From an uncultured Desulfohalobiaceae bacterium (GTDB taxonomy: Bacteria > Desulfobacterota > Desulfovibrionia > Desulfovibrionales > CAZUBS01): DNA of 63,572 nucleotides. Location of the stretch: NCBI GenBank assembly GCA_964594925.1, contig CAZQOG010000003.1, forward strand, positions 1 through 63,572, in the 5' to 3' direction. The translations under genes and the position numbers were made by a program. Under the pieces are notes generated by a model that was given only the letters and a program-made list of their open reading frames with translations, made no database searches and was not told where the DNA came from. This document shows, piece by piece, positions 39,649 through 49,534 of this stretch; the first letter of the stretch is position 1, and the number at the start of each line of letters is the position of its first letter.

Positions 39649-41913
39649 ATGACTCGGGACATTCATGACGTGCTGCAGGCCGTGTATGGGTACGATTCGT
39701 TCATCGGCAGGCAGGAGCAGGTCATCCGCCACGTGTTGGCAGGGAAGGACGGTCTGGTGCTCATGCCCACGGGGGGTGGAAAGTCCGTCTGCTATCAGAT
39801 CCCGGCCATGGTCATGCCGGGCACGGCCGTGGTGGTGACCCCGCTCATCGCCCTGATGCGCGACCAGGTCAGGGCCCTGTCGCAGATGGGGGCCAGGGCC
39901 TCCTGCCTGAACTCCTCGCAGCCGGGGCAGGAAGCCCGGAAGGTCGAGGAGCGGCTGCTCGCCGGCAGCCTGGACCTGATCTATGTTGCGCCGGAGCGCC
40001 TGCTCACCGAGAGCTTTCTGGGTCTGCTCCGGAAGGTGGACATCGCCCTGTTCGCCATCGACGAGGCGCACTGCGTGTCCCAGTGGGGGCACGACTTTCG
40101 CCCGGTGTACAGGCAGCTCTCCCAGCTCAAGAGGATGTTCCCGGACGTGCCCCGGCTGGCCCTGACAGCCACTGCGGACGGGCCGACACGGGCGGACATC
40201 ATGCACCAGCTGGAGCTCGAGGGGGCAAAAGTTTTTGCCACCGGCTTCGACCGCCCGAACATCTGCTACCGGGTCACCCCCAAGGAGGGGCCCGAGGAGC
40301 AGCTCCTGCGTTTCATCACCGAAGAGCACCCGGGCCACTCCGGGATCGTCTACCGCATGTCCCGGAAGAAGGTGGACCGGACCGCGGAGAGGCTCGCTGC
40401 CAGGGGGGTGCGCGCCCTGCCCTACCACGCGGGCATGGAGGCGGCGGACCGCGACGCGGCCCAGGAGGCGTTCATGCACGAGGAGGGCGTGGTCATGGTG
40501 GCCACGGTCGCCTTTGGCATGGGTGTGGACAAGCCGGACGTGCGTTTCGTGGCCCACCTGGACCCGCCCACGAGCCTGGAGGCCTACCACCAGGAAACAG
40601 GCCGGGCCGGCCGGGACGGGCTGCCGGCGGATGCCTGGATGACCTACGGCCTGGGCGACATCGCCGTGCTCAGGCAGCTCGTGGCCAGGGACGCGGCCAC
40701 AGGTTCCGGGCGCAATGGTTCTCTTTCTGAAAGCGGGCTCTGTGACGAGGCAGGGAAGAGGCACGAGCGGGTCAAACAGCAGAAGCTGACGGCCCTGCTG
40801 GGGTATTGCGAAGCCGTGCGCTGCCGCCGCCAAGTGCTGCTTGGCTACTTCGGGGAGGAGCTCTCCCAGCCCTGCGGCAACTGCGACACATGCCTGTACC
40901 CCGTGAAGGACAGGGAGGGCACTGTGGAGGCCCAGAAGGCGCTGTCCAACATCTTCCGCACCGGAGAGCGCTTCGGGGCGGGGCATCTGGCGGATGTGCT
41001 GATGGGCAGAAAGTCCGCTGCCGTCGGGCGCTGGGGACACGACCGGGTCTCCACGTTCGGGATCGGGGGCGACCGGTCCCGGCGGGAGTGGATGAGCATC
41101 TATCGCCAGCTGGCCGCTGCCGGATGCCTGCAGGTGGACATGCAAGGGTACGGGGCGCTCAAGCTGACCCGCAAGGGGTGGGACGTCCTCAAGGGACACG
41201 AAACAGTTCGTTTCCGGAACGATCCCCAAAAGACTCGGAAGAGAACATCGGCAGCGGAACGTACCCCGGCGGTTGCAGCCGATGTCCTCAGCTCGGAGGA
41301 GTCCCGGATCCTGTGGGACAGACTCAAGGCCCTGCGCCTGGAGGTGTCCGGGGAGCAGGGGGTACCTCCCTATGCGGTGTTCCCGGACAAGACCCTGCTG
41401 GAGATGGTGCGCTACCGGCCGCAGCGCGTGGCGGACATGCTCAGGATCTCGGGCGTGGGGCTGGTCAAGCAGCAGGCATATGGGGAGCGTTTTTTCCAGG
41501 TCCTTGCCCGGCACGAAAAAGAGCACGGCCGGCCGCCCGAATTGCCGCCATTGCCTGAAGGGACCGCAGAAAAAACCGGACAGCCGGACACGACAAGGCT
41601 TTCCCCCACCGAGGAGCAGAGCCTGGAGCTCTTTTCCCGGGACGGCACAGTGGAGGGGGTCGCCGCTTCCAGAGGGCTGAAGCCTGAGACGGTGTACGGG
41701 CACCTGACCCGTTGCGTGGCCCTGGGCAGACTCGAGGCTGCGCAGGTCACGGGCCTGTCCGGGGAGGAGATCGGGCGCGTGCAGGAGACCATGCGCACGC
41801 TCCGCGGCAAGGGTGTGGTCTCCCTGCAGACAATGCGCGAGGCCCTGGACAACAGGCACAGCTATGAGGTTTTGAGGTGCGTGCGAGCGGACATGGACCG
41901 CAACGCGTCCTGA
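39649..41913 (+). CDS. recQ: ATP-dependent DNA helicase RecQ
   Basis: Walker A TGGGKS, DEAH box [15 protein letters not shown], RecQ Zn-binding region ([12 protein letters not shown]...CGNCDTC), HRDC, and a C-terminal helix-turn-helix extension. Confidence 0.95.
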   Translation: MTRDIHDVLQAVYGYDSFIGRQEQVIRHVLAGKDGLVLMPTGGGKSVCYQIPAMVMPGTAVVVTPLIALMRDQVRALSQMGARASCLNSSQPGQEARKVEERLLAGSLDLIYVAPERLLTESFLGLLRKVDIALFAIDEAHCVSQWGHDFRPVYRQLSQLKRMFPDVPRLALTATADGPTRADIMHQLELEGAKVFATGFDRPNICYRVTPKEGPEEQLLRFITEEHPGHSGIVYRMSRKKVDRTAERLAARGVRALPYHAGMEAADRDAAQEAFMHEEGVVMVATVAFGMGVDKPDVRFVAHLDPPTSLEAYHQETGRAGRDGLPADAWMTYGLGDIAVLRQLVARDAATGSGRNGSLSESGLCDEAGKRHERVKQQKLTALLGYCEAVRCRRQVLLGYFGEELSQPCGNCDTCLYPVKDREGTVEAQKALSNIFRTGERFGAGHLADVLMGRKSAAVGRWGHDRVSTFGIGGDRSRREWMSIYRQLAAAGCLQVDMQGYGALKLTRKGWDVLKGHETVRFRNDPQKTRKRTSAAERTPAVAADVLSSEESRILWDRLKALRLEVSGEQGVPPYAVFPDKTLLEMVRYRPQRVADMLRISGVGLVKQQAYGERFFQVLARHEKEHGRPPELPPLPEGTAEKTGQPDTTRLSPTEEQSLELFSRDGTVEGVAASRGLKPETVYGHLTRCVALGRLEAAQVTGLSGEEIGRVQETMRTLRGKGVVSLQTMREALDNRHSYEVLRCVRADMDRNAS

Positions 41914-41919
41914 AGGGGC

Positions 41920-42003
41920 CATGAACACCCACGGCCTCTTTCCGAAACCGGGCAACCCTTGAAAAAGTACGCTCGAATCGGATGAACCACAAAAGCCGGT
42001 TTC
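41920..42003. repeat. ~85-nt repeat element, copy A (CATGAACACCCACGGCCTCTTTCCGAAACCGG ... CCGGTTTC)
   Basis: The first 32 nt are identical to 44774-44805. The remainder is alignable. Internal stem GAAACCGG/CCGGTTTC. Confidence 0.8.
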
Positions 42004-42060
42004 ACTGGAAAGGATGCTCGAAAATGCCGTTCAGTGCAGGGGAGTTTGCCGGCAGATGGT

Positions 42061-43293
42061 TCATCCCTGACAGAGGAACAAATGGGGCCTGAGCCCCGGG
42101 TGGTGGCATCTGAGCCTGACGGTCATGCCGGAGTGGGCCGTGTCCAGGCGCTGTCCCATGTCGTTTTCCAGGACATAGCCGGAACCCGGGATGGGTGTGC
42201 GGTTCAGACCGGGCTCGAGCAGGACCAGGCTCGTATCAGCGGACCAGCGGTGCTTGACCGCCACCCGCCACAGGTCATCCGCCTCGCAGGACAGGAGCCT
42301 GGCCAGCATGGGCCGACGGTCGGGTTCGGCAAGGGGCTGGCAGCAGGTGCGCCGGCGGCCCGGCAGGAAGAATCCGGTGCCCAGCGGCCGGGTGGCGTTC
42401 CTGCACAGCTCGGCCAGGTAGCGCTTCGGCCGGAACCGGCCGGCCAGGTGGTCGTCCCGGGCGGTGCGGTAGACGTCCAGGACCAGTGCCAGGTAGCCGG
42501 CGGTCTTGGTGCGCCCCTCGATCTTCAGGGCGTTGAGGCCTGTGCGGCACAGCCAGGGCATGAACCTGACCAGGCACAGGTCTTCGGCGGCCAGCACGGC
42601 GTCGAAATCCCCCCCCGGCTCGATCTCCCAGGTCAGCTCTGCGGGGCGCTGCTGCTCCTCCAGGCCGACTGCGCGGTATCTGAAGCGGCAGGGGTGGGTG
42701 CACTCCCCAAGATTCGAGGATCGCTGGGTGCACCAGGCGCTCATCAGGCAGCGGCCCGAAACGGCCATGCACTGGGCCCCGTGCACGAACATCTCCAGCT
42801 CCACGTCCGGCAGGGCCCGGCGCATGGCCCTGACCGCGCGAAGATCCAGCTCCCGGGCCAGGTTGACCCGGGCCACTCCCTGGTCCCTCCAGAAGCGCAC
42901 CGACTCGCTGTTGGTGGTGTTGGCCTGGGTGGACAGATGCAGCGGGACCTGGGGCAGGTGGCGCCGTGCCAGCCTGACAACTCCCGGGTCGGCCACGATG
43001 AGCCCCTGCAGGGGCAGGCCGGAGAGCTCTTCCAGGCGGGCCTTGACCCGGCCCAGATGCTGCTCCTGGGGCAGCAGGTTCAGGCAGTAGTATGCGCGCG
43101 CCCCGTGGGCGTGTGCCAGGTCCAGGGCACGGTCGAGCTGCGGCCCGGCAAACCCTGCGGACCGTGAGCGGAGGCTGAGATCCGTCCCGCCCAGGTAGAC
43201 TGCCTCGGCACGATAGGCCAGGGCGGTCTGGAGTTTTTCCATGTCGCCGGCAGGGGCCAGGATCTCGGGTGCGGCTGCATTGATGAGCGGCAC
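42061..43293 (-). CDS. Peptidase U32 family protein
   Basis: U32 signature EMFVHGAQCMAVSGRC. GTG start 3 nt after the stop of the upstream PHP gene. Confidence 0.85.
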   Translation of the reverse strand: MPLINAAAPEILAPAGDMEKLQTALAYRAEAVYLGGTDLSLRSRSAGFAGPQLDRALDLAHAHGARAYYCLNLLPQEQHLGRVKARLEELSGLPLQGLIVADPGVVRLARRHLPQVPLHLSTQANTTNSESVRFWRDQGVARVNLARELDLRAVRAMRRALPDVELEMFVHGAQCMAVSGRCLMSAWCTQRSSNLGECTHPCRFRYRAVGLEEQQRPAELTWEIEPGGDFDAVLAAEDLCLVRFMPWLCRTGLNALKIEGRTKTAGYLALVLDVYRTARDDHLAGRFRPKRYLAELCRNATRPLGTGFFLPGRRRTCCQPLAEPDRRPMLARLLSCEADDLWRVAVKHRWSADTSLVLLEPGLNRTPIPGSGYVLENDMGQRLDTAHSGMTVRLRCHHPGLRPHLFLCQG

Positions 43294-43296
43294 GGA

Positions 43297-44163
43297 TCAT
43301 TCCATGGGCAGGTTGTTTTTGTGGCGGTGGGCCTTCATGACCTCCAGCAGGTCGTGGGGGATGCGCAGGTCGCCTGTGCCCGAGCCAAGGGCGATGCCGG
43401 GCTTGACGTCACCGTGGAAGTCAGAGCCCCCGGAGACCAGCAGGCCGAGCTTTGCGGCCAGCCCCAGAAAGGTCGTGGTCTGCCTGGTGGAGTGCTCGGA
43501 GTAGTAAGCCTCCAGGCCGTTAAGCCCCCAGGAGATGAAGGTCAGCAGCTCGGACTCCAGTTCCAGAGGGGAGAGGTCCAGGGAGAAGGGATGGGCCAGG
43601 ATGACCGTGGCGCCTTCGTCCAGCAGGACCTGGATCCCTTGCTGCGGAGGGAGCTTCTTCTTGGGGACATAGGCCTTGCCCCCGGTGCCAAGGTAGGTGG
43701 CGAAGGCTTGGTCCACCGAGGGGACCACGCCTTTGCTGACCAGCACCTTGGCCAGGTGGGGCCGGCCCACTGCGCCCCCGCCGGCCACCTCCGTGACCTC
43801 CTGGTAGGAGATGTCGATGCCCAGGCCGCGGAGCTTTTCCACGATGCGCTCGTTCCGGCTGTGCCGGTCCTGGCGGAGCTCCTCCAGGACCCGGTCCAGC
43901 CGGGTGGGCCGTTCCGGAATCCACAGTCCGAGCAGGTGCATGTGGCCGTGCGGGTAGTCAACGCTGAGCTCGCAACCAGGCACGACCTCGATCCCGGATT
44001 CGCGTCCGGCCTGCATGGCTTCGACCAGGCCCATGGTGGTGTCGTGGTCGGTCAGGGCAATGGCGGCCAGCCCGGCCCGGGCGGCGGCTGCGACGAGTTC
44101 CGAGGGGGTGAGGCTGCCGTCGGAGGCTGTGGAGTGGGTGTGCAGGTCGATGGTGTCTGCCAT
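43297..44163 (-). CDS. PHP-domain phosphoesterase (TrpH/YciV-like)
   Basis: IDLHTHSTASDG N-terminal metal motif; PHP fold throughout. Confidence 0.85.
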   Translation of the reverse strand: MADTIDLHTHSTASDGSLTPSELVAAAARAGLAAIALTDHDTTMGLVEAMQAGRESGIEVVPGCELSVDYPHGHMHLLGLWIPERPTRLDRVLEELRQDRHSRNERIVEKLRGLGIDISYQEVTEVAGGGAVGRPHLAKVLVSKGVVPSVDQAFATYLGTGGKAYVPKKKLPPQQGIQVLLDEGATVILAHPFSLDLSPLELESELLTFISWGLNGLEAYYSEHSTRQTTTFLGLAAKLGLLVSGGSDFHGDVKPGIALGSGTGDLRIPHDLLEVMKAHRHKNNLPME

Positions 44164-44311
44164 GAAGAAAATCCCTGTGATGTTGCGGGTGGAGAAAGCG
44201 CTTGCGATGTCTCTTCAAATGTAGGGAATTGCTGAGCCGGAGACAAGGAAAGCTCTTCTTGAGGCAGGGACTGAAACACGGTATCCAGACCGGACAAAGG
44301 AGGGAGACGCC

Positions 44312-44503
44312 ATGGCGCTGAACAAGGAGCTGCTGGACATTCTGGCCTGCCCCAAGTGCAAGGGGGATCTGGAGCTGACGGACAAGGAGGACGGCCTGAT
44401 CTGCCGCACCTGCGAGCTGGTCTACCCCATCCAGGAGGACATCCCGATCATGCTCGTCAACGAGGCTGTCCCGCTCGAGAAGTGGAAGCAGGACAAGGAG
44501 TGA
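44312..44503 (+). CDS. Trm112 family protein (UPF0434)
   Basis: LLDILACPKCKG...LICRTCELVYPIQEDIPIML; AAGGAGGGAG RBS. Confidence 0.85.
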   Translation: MALNKELLDILACPKCKGDLELTDKEDGLICRTCELVYPIQEDIPIMLVNEAVPLEKWKQDKE

Positions 44504-44575
44504 GCTTCAAGGGATAACCCGGGACGAAAGGTGCACCCGGCTCAAGAGAACGCGGCCGGCGCACACCGTGGAGAA

Positions 44576-44865
44576 GGCCGTGGGTGTTCATGCCCAGCCG
44601 AATCCGTGTCTTTTATGAGGTTTGACATGGAATAGTCTCTTGAACGCGGCTGGTTCCGGAGCGGACATCTCAGTTGGGGTGCGACGGTGGTGGTCTGGCG
44701 GCAGTAAGAACGACCGGTACAAAGATGGACCATGTGAGAGTGAGGGACGCGACGCACTTCCATTCTGGCTGGTCATGAACACCCACGGCCTCTTTCCGAA
44801 ACCGGCAATCTATACAAAGCATCCCCGAACAGAATGGACGAGAATAATGAGCAGAAACCGGTTTT
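44576..44865. repeat. Repeat element copy B (44774-44865) plus an inverted copy of its first 17 nt at 44576-44592 (imperfect ~30-bp arms enclosing ~165 nt)
   Basis: GGCCGTGGGTGTTCATG (44576-44592) is the exact reverse complement of CATGAACACCCACGGCC (44774-44790). Flanking CCAGCCGAAT / ATTCTGGCTGG extend the pairing. Confidence 0.75.
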
Positions 44866-44880
44866 TTGTGGGGAAGAGGA

Positions 44881-45762
44881 ATGGCCGGGAAAAAGACCAA
44901 GCGGGTTGATCCTGCGGCAATGAAGCTGCCCAGGGTGGGCGTCGACAGCCACGCCCACCTGGACATGGAGGCCTTTGCCGGCGACTTGGACCAGGTCCTT
45001 GAGCGGGCGGGCGGTGCTGGGGTTGCCAGTACCGGGAACGTCTTCATGGGCCCCCGGGCCTACGAGAAGGGGCGGGGGATGTTCCAGGGCCGAAACGATG
45101 TGTTCTTCCTGCTGGGTATCCATCCCCACGACGCTTTGCAGTGCACCCGGGACGCCCTCTCGGAGCTGGAATCGATCTTCGGCTCCGATGACAGGGTCAG
45201 GGCCCTGGGGGAGATCGGCCTTGACTTCTACCGGCAGTGGAGCCCGTTCCAGGCCCAGCGGGAGGCCTTTCAATCCCAGCTGGAGCTGGCCCGGGACCTG
45301 GACCTGCGGGTGGTCATCCACTCCCGGGAGGCTGACGAGGAGGTCGTGGCCGCACTGACGGACCTGGGTTTCAAGGACCGCCCGCTGCTGTGGCACTGCT
45401 TCGGGAGAGGACCGGAGCTGGCCCGGGTCATCCTGTCCATGGGGTGGACCATCTCCATCCCGGGCCCGGTGACCTATCCCAGAAACCGCGAGCTGCAGCA
45501 GGCAGCAGAGGCCATCCCCCTGGACAGGATGGTCCTGGAGACTGACTGTCCGTTCCTTGCGCCCGAGCCCTGGCGGGGCAAGCGAAACGAGCCGGCCATG
45601 ACCGTGTTTACCGCAGGCAAGATCGCGGAGCTCAAAGGCGTGCCCATCCGGGACGTGTGGCAGGCCACAGGACAGACCGCCCGGCGGTTCTTCGAATTGG
45701 AAGACAAGTTCGAAGCTCGAAGTTCGAAGTCCGAAGGAAAAGAGAAAGACATATCCGAGTAA
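44881..45762 (+). CDS. TatD family metal-dependent hydrolase
   Basis: VDSHAHLD motif and TatD fold. The start is uncertain (ATG 44881 or ATG 44920). The C-terminal FEARSSKSEGKEKDISE is repeat-encoded. Confidence 0.8.
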   Translation: MAGKKTKRVDPAAMKLPRVGVDSHAHLDMEAFAGDLDQVLERAGGAGVASTGNVFMGPRAYEKGRGMFQGRNDVFFLLGIHPHDALQCTRDALSELESIFGSDDRVRALGEIGLDFYRQWSPFQAQREAFQSQLELARDLDLRVVIHSREADEEVVAALTDLGFKDRPLLWHCFGRGPELARVILSMGWTISIPGPVTYPRNRELQQAAEAIPLDRMVLETDCPFLAPEPWRGKRNEPAMTVFTAGKIAELKGVPIRDVWQATGQTARRFFELEDKFEARSSKSEGKEKDISE

Positions 45763-45826
45763 AAACCGCGTATAGTAGCTTTCTCTCTGTCCCCCCTTCC
45801 GACTTCGAACTTCACTCTTCGAACTG
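45708..45826. repeat. Heptamer-array hairpin spanning the 3' ends of two convergent genes (arms 45708-45737 / 45796-45826)
   Basis: GTTCGAAGCTCGAAGTTCGAAGTCCGAAGG ... CTTCCGACTTCGAACTTCACTCTTCGAAC. Confidence 0.8.
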
Positions 45827-46066
45827 TCCCGGCACCTCTATCATCTCCAGCCGGATCTCCTCTGACAGCCCCTGCAGCACGCTGCGCACCATATCCTCCT
45901 GACCGGGCGCGAAAAGAAGGCGCACCACGGCCTGGTACTTGTCCACAGCACTGACCACTGCCAGGTTGTCGTGGGCCTCGACCACGAAACGCACATAGGC
46001 GATCTCTTTCCGGTCGACCCGGGCATAGAGGCGCGAGGACCATCTGGGGATGGGGTTTTCGGTCAT
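45812..46066 (-). CDS. DUF4911-like small protein
   Basis: 84-aa ORF MTENPIPRWSSRLYARVDRKEIAYVRFVVEAHDNLAVV... The family call is by eye. Confidence 0.5.
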   Translation of the reverse strand: MTENPIPRWSSRLYARVDRKEIAYVRFVVEAHDNLAVVSAVDKYQAVVRLLFAPGQEDMVRSVLQGLSEEIRLEMIEVPGQFEE

Positions 46067-46278
46067 TGGGGTGGTGCTCACGGTTCCTGGTTGCAGAGGA
46101 CACAGAGATAGCAGTGATCCGGACCTCGGACAATATCGGCCGTCATGGATGGGGTTGGAGGGGATAAGGGGCAGCTTGCAGGCCCACCGGGTCATGTCAG
46201 GACCGAAGGCATTGCGCAGAAACGGCCTGGTGTGGAATAGTTGTCTTTGCACACAAACCCGAACCAGATGGAGTGGAC

Positions 46279-47418
46279 ATGATCAGCCCGGCAAAGCGAA
46301 CCCTCCGAGCAGCAGCACTGCTCCTTTTTTTCGCCGGACTCCTTGTCCCGCCCCGGATGTCCGGAGCGGACACCGAGGAATTCGTGATCGACGGCAAGGT
46401 TTTCGGCATGCCGCAAGCCCAGGTCTTCGACGAGGAGTACGACGGTCCGCCTGCGGTGGGGGAGTACCTGTCCCTGGCTCCTGAGCTCGTGCCTCTGGAC
46501 TACGAGGGCAACCGGGTCCACGAGGTGCGCATCGACACGGTTGTCCAGGAGATCCAGATCAGCTCGGGCATGCGATTCCGGGCCTGGACCTTCGGTGGGA
46601 CAGTGCCCGGTCCTGTCCTGCACGTGCGGGAGGGTGACAGGGTCATCTTCACCATGGGCAACCGCTCGGCCGAGGAGGTGCGCATTGCCATGCACGGTCA
46701 GGGCTCGCCCTACCTGGCCAGCCTGCAGGGTGACGAGCTGATCCGCCCCACCCCGGCCGTGGACCCCAGGCCCCACTCCATGGACTTTCACTCCGGAACG
46801 GTGGCTGCGAGCGACAAGTGGCGCAGCATCCCCCCCGGCCGGACCATCCGCTTCGAGTGGGTGGCCAACTACCCCGGAGTGTTCATGTACCACTGCAGCA
46901 CGCCCAGTGTGCTCATGCACACCGCCAAGGGACAGTACGGGGCGGTGGTGGTGCAGCCCAGGCAGGGCTATCCCGAGCCGGCCGACAGGGAGTATGTGCT
47001 GGTGCAGTCGGAGTTCTACCTGGGCGGGACCGGAAGCGGGCTGCGCCAATACGACCACCAGGCCGCCCTGGACAAACAACCTGCCCTGGTGACCTTCAAC
47101 GGCCACCTCACAAAGCACATCCTCGAGCCCCTCACGGCCAGGGCCGGTGAACGGGTCCGCCTGTACGTGCTCAATGCCGGGCCCAACCTGATCGCCAGCT
47201 TCCATCTCATCGGCGGGATCTTCGACCGGACCTGGTTCGAGGGCAATCTGGAGAACGAGCAGCGGGGGCTGCAGACCATGATGCTGGGTGCCAGCAACGG
47301 GGCCGTCCTGGACGTTATCGTGCCCGAGCAGGGAAGCTACACCTTCGTGGACCACAGCTTCGCCAACAAGGAGAAGGGCGCGGCAGGAAAAATCGTTGCC
47401 GGGCCCAGGCAAAAATGA
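46279..47418 (+). CDS. Copper-containing nitrite reductase (NirK)-like two-domain cupredoxin protein
   Basis: Signal peptide. HSMDFH (cf. NirK HNIDFH). YHCSTPSVLMHTAKGQ (cf. YHC...H....M, with the loop 1 residue shorter and Met replaced by Gln). FHLIGG (cf. PHLIGGH). VDHSFANKEKGAAG (cf. NHNLIEAFELGAAG). Confidence 0.65.
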   Translation: MISPAKRTLRAAALLLFFAGLLVPPRMSGADTEEFVIDGKVFGMPQAQVFDEEYDGPPAVGEYLSLAPELVPLDYEGNRVHEVRIDTVVQEIQISSGMRFRAWTFGGTVPGPVLHVREGDRVIFTMGNRSAEEVRIAMHGQGSPYLASLQGDELIRPTPAVDPRPHSMDFHSGTVAASDKWRSIPPGRTIRFEWVANYPGVFMYHCSTPSVLMHTAKGQYGAVVVQPRQGYPEPADREYVLVQSEFYLGGTGSGLRQYDHQAALDKQPALVTFNGHLTKHILEPLTARAGERVRLYVLNAGPNLIASFHLIGGIFDRTWFEGNLENEQRGLQTMMLGASNGAVLDVIVPEQGSYTFVDHSFANKEKGAAGKIVAGPRQK

Positions 47419-47487
47419 AGGCTGGTTGCGGGAGTGGCGAGCCCCCTTTGTTGGCAGGATGTCCGGGCCGCAACCGCGGGGGCGGCC

Positions 47488-48564
47488 TCAGAGCACCTCG
47501 GCCCGGTCTTCCGTGACCAGGACCATGTACTCCCACCTGACCCCGCCCCATTCAGGGTAGTAGAGCCCGGGTTCGATGGTGATGACCATGCCCGGCTTGA
47601 GTGCGTCCGGGCTGTAGGGGCTCAGGCTGGGGGGTTCGTGGGTTTCCAGGCCGATGCCGTGGCCCAGGGCGTGGGTGAAGTGTGCGGCCTCGCCCTGTCC
47701 GGCAAAGAAGTCGTAGGCCACGGCGTGCAGGTCCTTGACCGCCATGCCCGGGCGGATGGCCCGGATGGCCCGTTCCTGGGCCTTTTGGACCAGCTCCCGG
47801 GTGCGCAGGAAGACATCCGTGGGACGGTCCCCGACCCAGAAGGTCCGGGTCTGGTCGGAGCAGTACCCCTGGTACCGGGCCCCGGTGTCCACCAGCACAG
47901 GGCCCTGGGGCGTGATGCGGTCCGGCCCCGGGATGGCATGGGGCAGGGCGGCGTTGGGCCCCACAGCCACGATGGAGGTGAAGGACATCTCGCTGGCTCC
48001 GGCCTCACGGAAGGTTTTCTCGATTGTCCAGGCCAGCTCCTCCTCGGTCCCCCCGGGGGCGAGCCCGGCTTCGATCTGCTCAAGGACGCGGTGGTTGAGG
48101 GCGCAGGAGGCGGTGAGGGCTTCGATCTCCAGGGGGTCCTTGATGGTGCGCAGCCCCTCCACCAGGTTCCTGGTGGGTTCCAGGTCCAGCATGACCGCGA
48201 GGTCCTTGTGCAGGTCGAAGCTCACGCTGCGGGCCTCGAACCCGATGGTGCCGGGGGAGAGTCCCTGCAGAAAGTCCGCGATCTGCTGGTGCTTTTTCCC
48301 GGTGTACACAAAGACGCGTTCCTCGGGCCACACCCTCCGGGCTGCCTCCAGGTACCGGGGGTCGGTCAGCAGCCAGTCGCGGCCCGAGGTCGTGACCAGG
48401 AGCATCCCGGCGCTCTCGTTGCACTGGGGGTCGTGCAGCTCGAATCCGCTGAGATAGAAACGGTTGGCCGCGTGGGAAACCAGCAGGGCGTCGAGGCCCT
48501 GCCCGTGGATCTTGCGGCGCAGCTCCCCGCGTCGGGATTGGTAGACAGAGGTGGTTTCGGGCAT
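47488..48564 (-). CDS. Xaa-Pro aminopeptidase (M24B family)
   Basis: Creatinase-like N-domain and M24 metal ligands (...HALGHGIGLETHE...). Start at MPETTSVYQ (ATG 48562-48564). Confidence 0.85.
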   Translation of the reverse strand: MPETTSVYQSRRGELRRKIHGQGLDALLVSHAANRFYLSGFELHDPQCNESAGMLLVTTSGRDWLLTDPRYLEAARRVWPEERVFVYTGKKHQQIADFLQGLSPGTIGFEARSVSFDLHKDLAVMLDLEPTRNLVEGLRTIKDPLEIEALTASCALNHRVLEQIEAGLAPGGTEEELAWTIEKTFREAGASEMSFTSIVAVGPNAALPHAIPGPDRITPQGPVLVDTGARYQGYCSDQTRTFWVGDRPTDVFLRTRELVQKAQERAIRAIRPGMAVKDLHAVAYDFFAGQGEAAHFTHALGHGIGLETHEPPSLSPYSPDALKPGMVITIEPGLYYPEWGGVRWEYMVLVTEDRAEVL

Positions 48565-48590
48565 AGTGTCATCCTGGGGAAGAGACGTCC

Positions 48591-49397
48591 TCACAGCAGA
48601 AAGGATGTGGCCACCTTGAACACGTCGTCGTAGCCCACGTTGTTTCGGATGGCCAGACACATTTCCAGGGACATGGACATCTTGCGTCTGGTTTCGCTCA
48701 GGATCTCGGACTTCTGCAGGTTGAGCCGGTGTTTGATGAAGTCGGAGTCGAAGTTGTCGATGATCAGGGACAGGCCTTCGGTGAAGTACAGGGAGCGGAT
48801 CTTCTCCAGGTAGGGCTGGCAGGCCTCCCGCCCCTGACGCCTGGCCAGCATGCAGAAAAAGATCAGGTGCTCGATGAGGGTCTCGATGTGCATGCGATGG
48901 TCCACGTCGACCTGCAGGTCGTCCCGGCCGTTGTGTTGGGCGAGCAGGGCAGAGGCCGTTTCAAAGACCTGTTTCTCCAGTATGGGGGAGACGGGAAACT
49001 TGGAGATGATGCGCACCAGCACCTGTTGCGGGTTCTCATTGGTGGCGATGCCCAGCACGCCGATGCTGATGAGCACAAGCTTGCGGGACAGGTCGCGCAG
49101 GATTGTCTCCTGCTTGATGGTGGCGTATCTCCTGACCAGGTCGTCGTTGAAGTCGGTGAAGGCGATCTGCAGGAGATGGCTGACGTAGGGCTCGGTGGTG
49201 TAATCGGTCTCATCCCTGATGATGCGCAAGCGGGAGGCCTTCGTATCCTGCAGGACCTTGTGCAGCGAAAGCCAGTAGGCCGCCACCCCCTCCAGGGGGA
49301 TTTCCACCAGGTCGAGGTCGCGGGACAGATCGCGGTGCCCGCTGGTGGAGGTGTCCAGGGAGGGGGGCTGCTCCTTGTGGTTGCCGAAGAGCTTCAT
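48591..49397 (-). CDS. Hypothetical protein
   Basis: 268-aa ORF from MKLFGNHKEQ. Coding-like composition; no family recognised. Confidence 0.5.
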   Translation of the reverse strand: MKLFGNHKEQPPSLDTSTSGHRDLSRDLDLVEIPLEGVAAYWLSLHKVLQDTKASRLRIIRDETDYTTEPYVSHLLQIAFTDFNDDLVRRYATIKQETILRDLSRKLVLISIGVLGIATNENPQQVLVRIISKFPVSPILEKQVFETASALLAQHNGRDDLQVDVDHRMHIETLIEHLIFFCMLARRQGREACQPYLEKIRSLYFTEGLSLIIDNFDSDFIKHRLNLQKSEILSETRRKMSMSLEMCLAIRNNVGYDDVFKVATSFLL

Positions 49398-49534
49398 GGT
49401 CCACCTGTGAAGGCAAGGGTTGGTCGTGACCGGGTGGCACGGTACCGCTTTAAATGCTGGGACGCAAAAGAGCAATGACGGTACGTATGCAGCAGAAGGT
49501 TCGCACAGAGGGCCCGGAGCCTGAGAGGCGCATC

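Noticed and set aside
44570-44810. 6S RNA or another single-copy long-hairpin ncRNA between trm112 and tatD
   Set aside because: The closing arm sequence is part of a repeat that also occurs at 41920-42003. I could not recognise the 6S central-bubble consensus by eye. It is reported as a repeat element instead.
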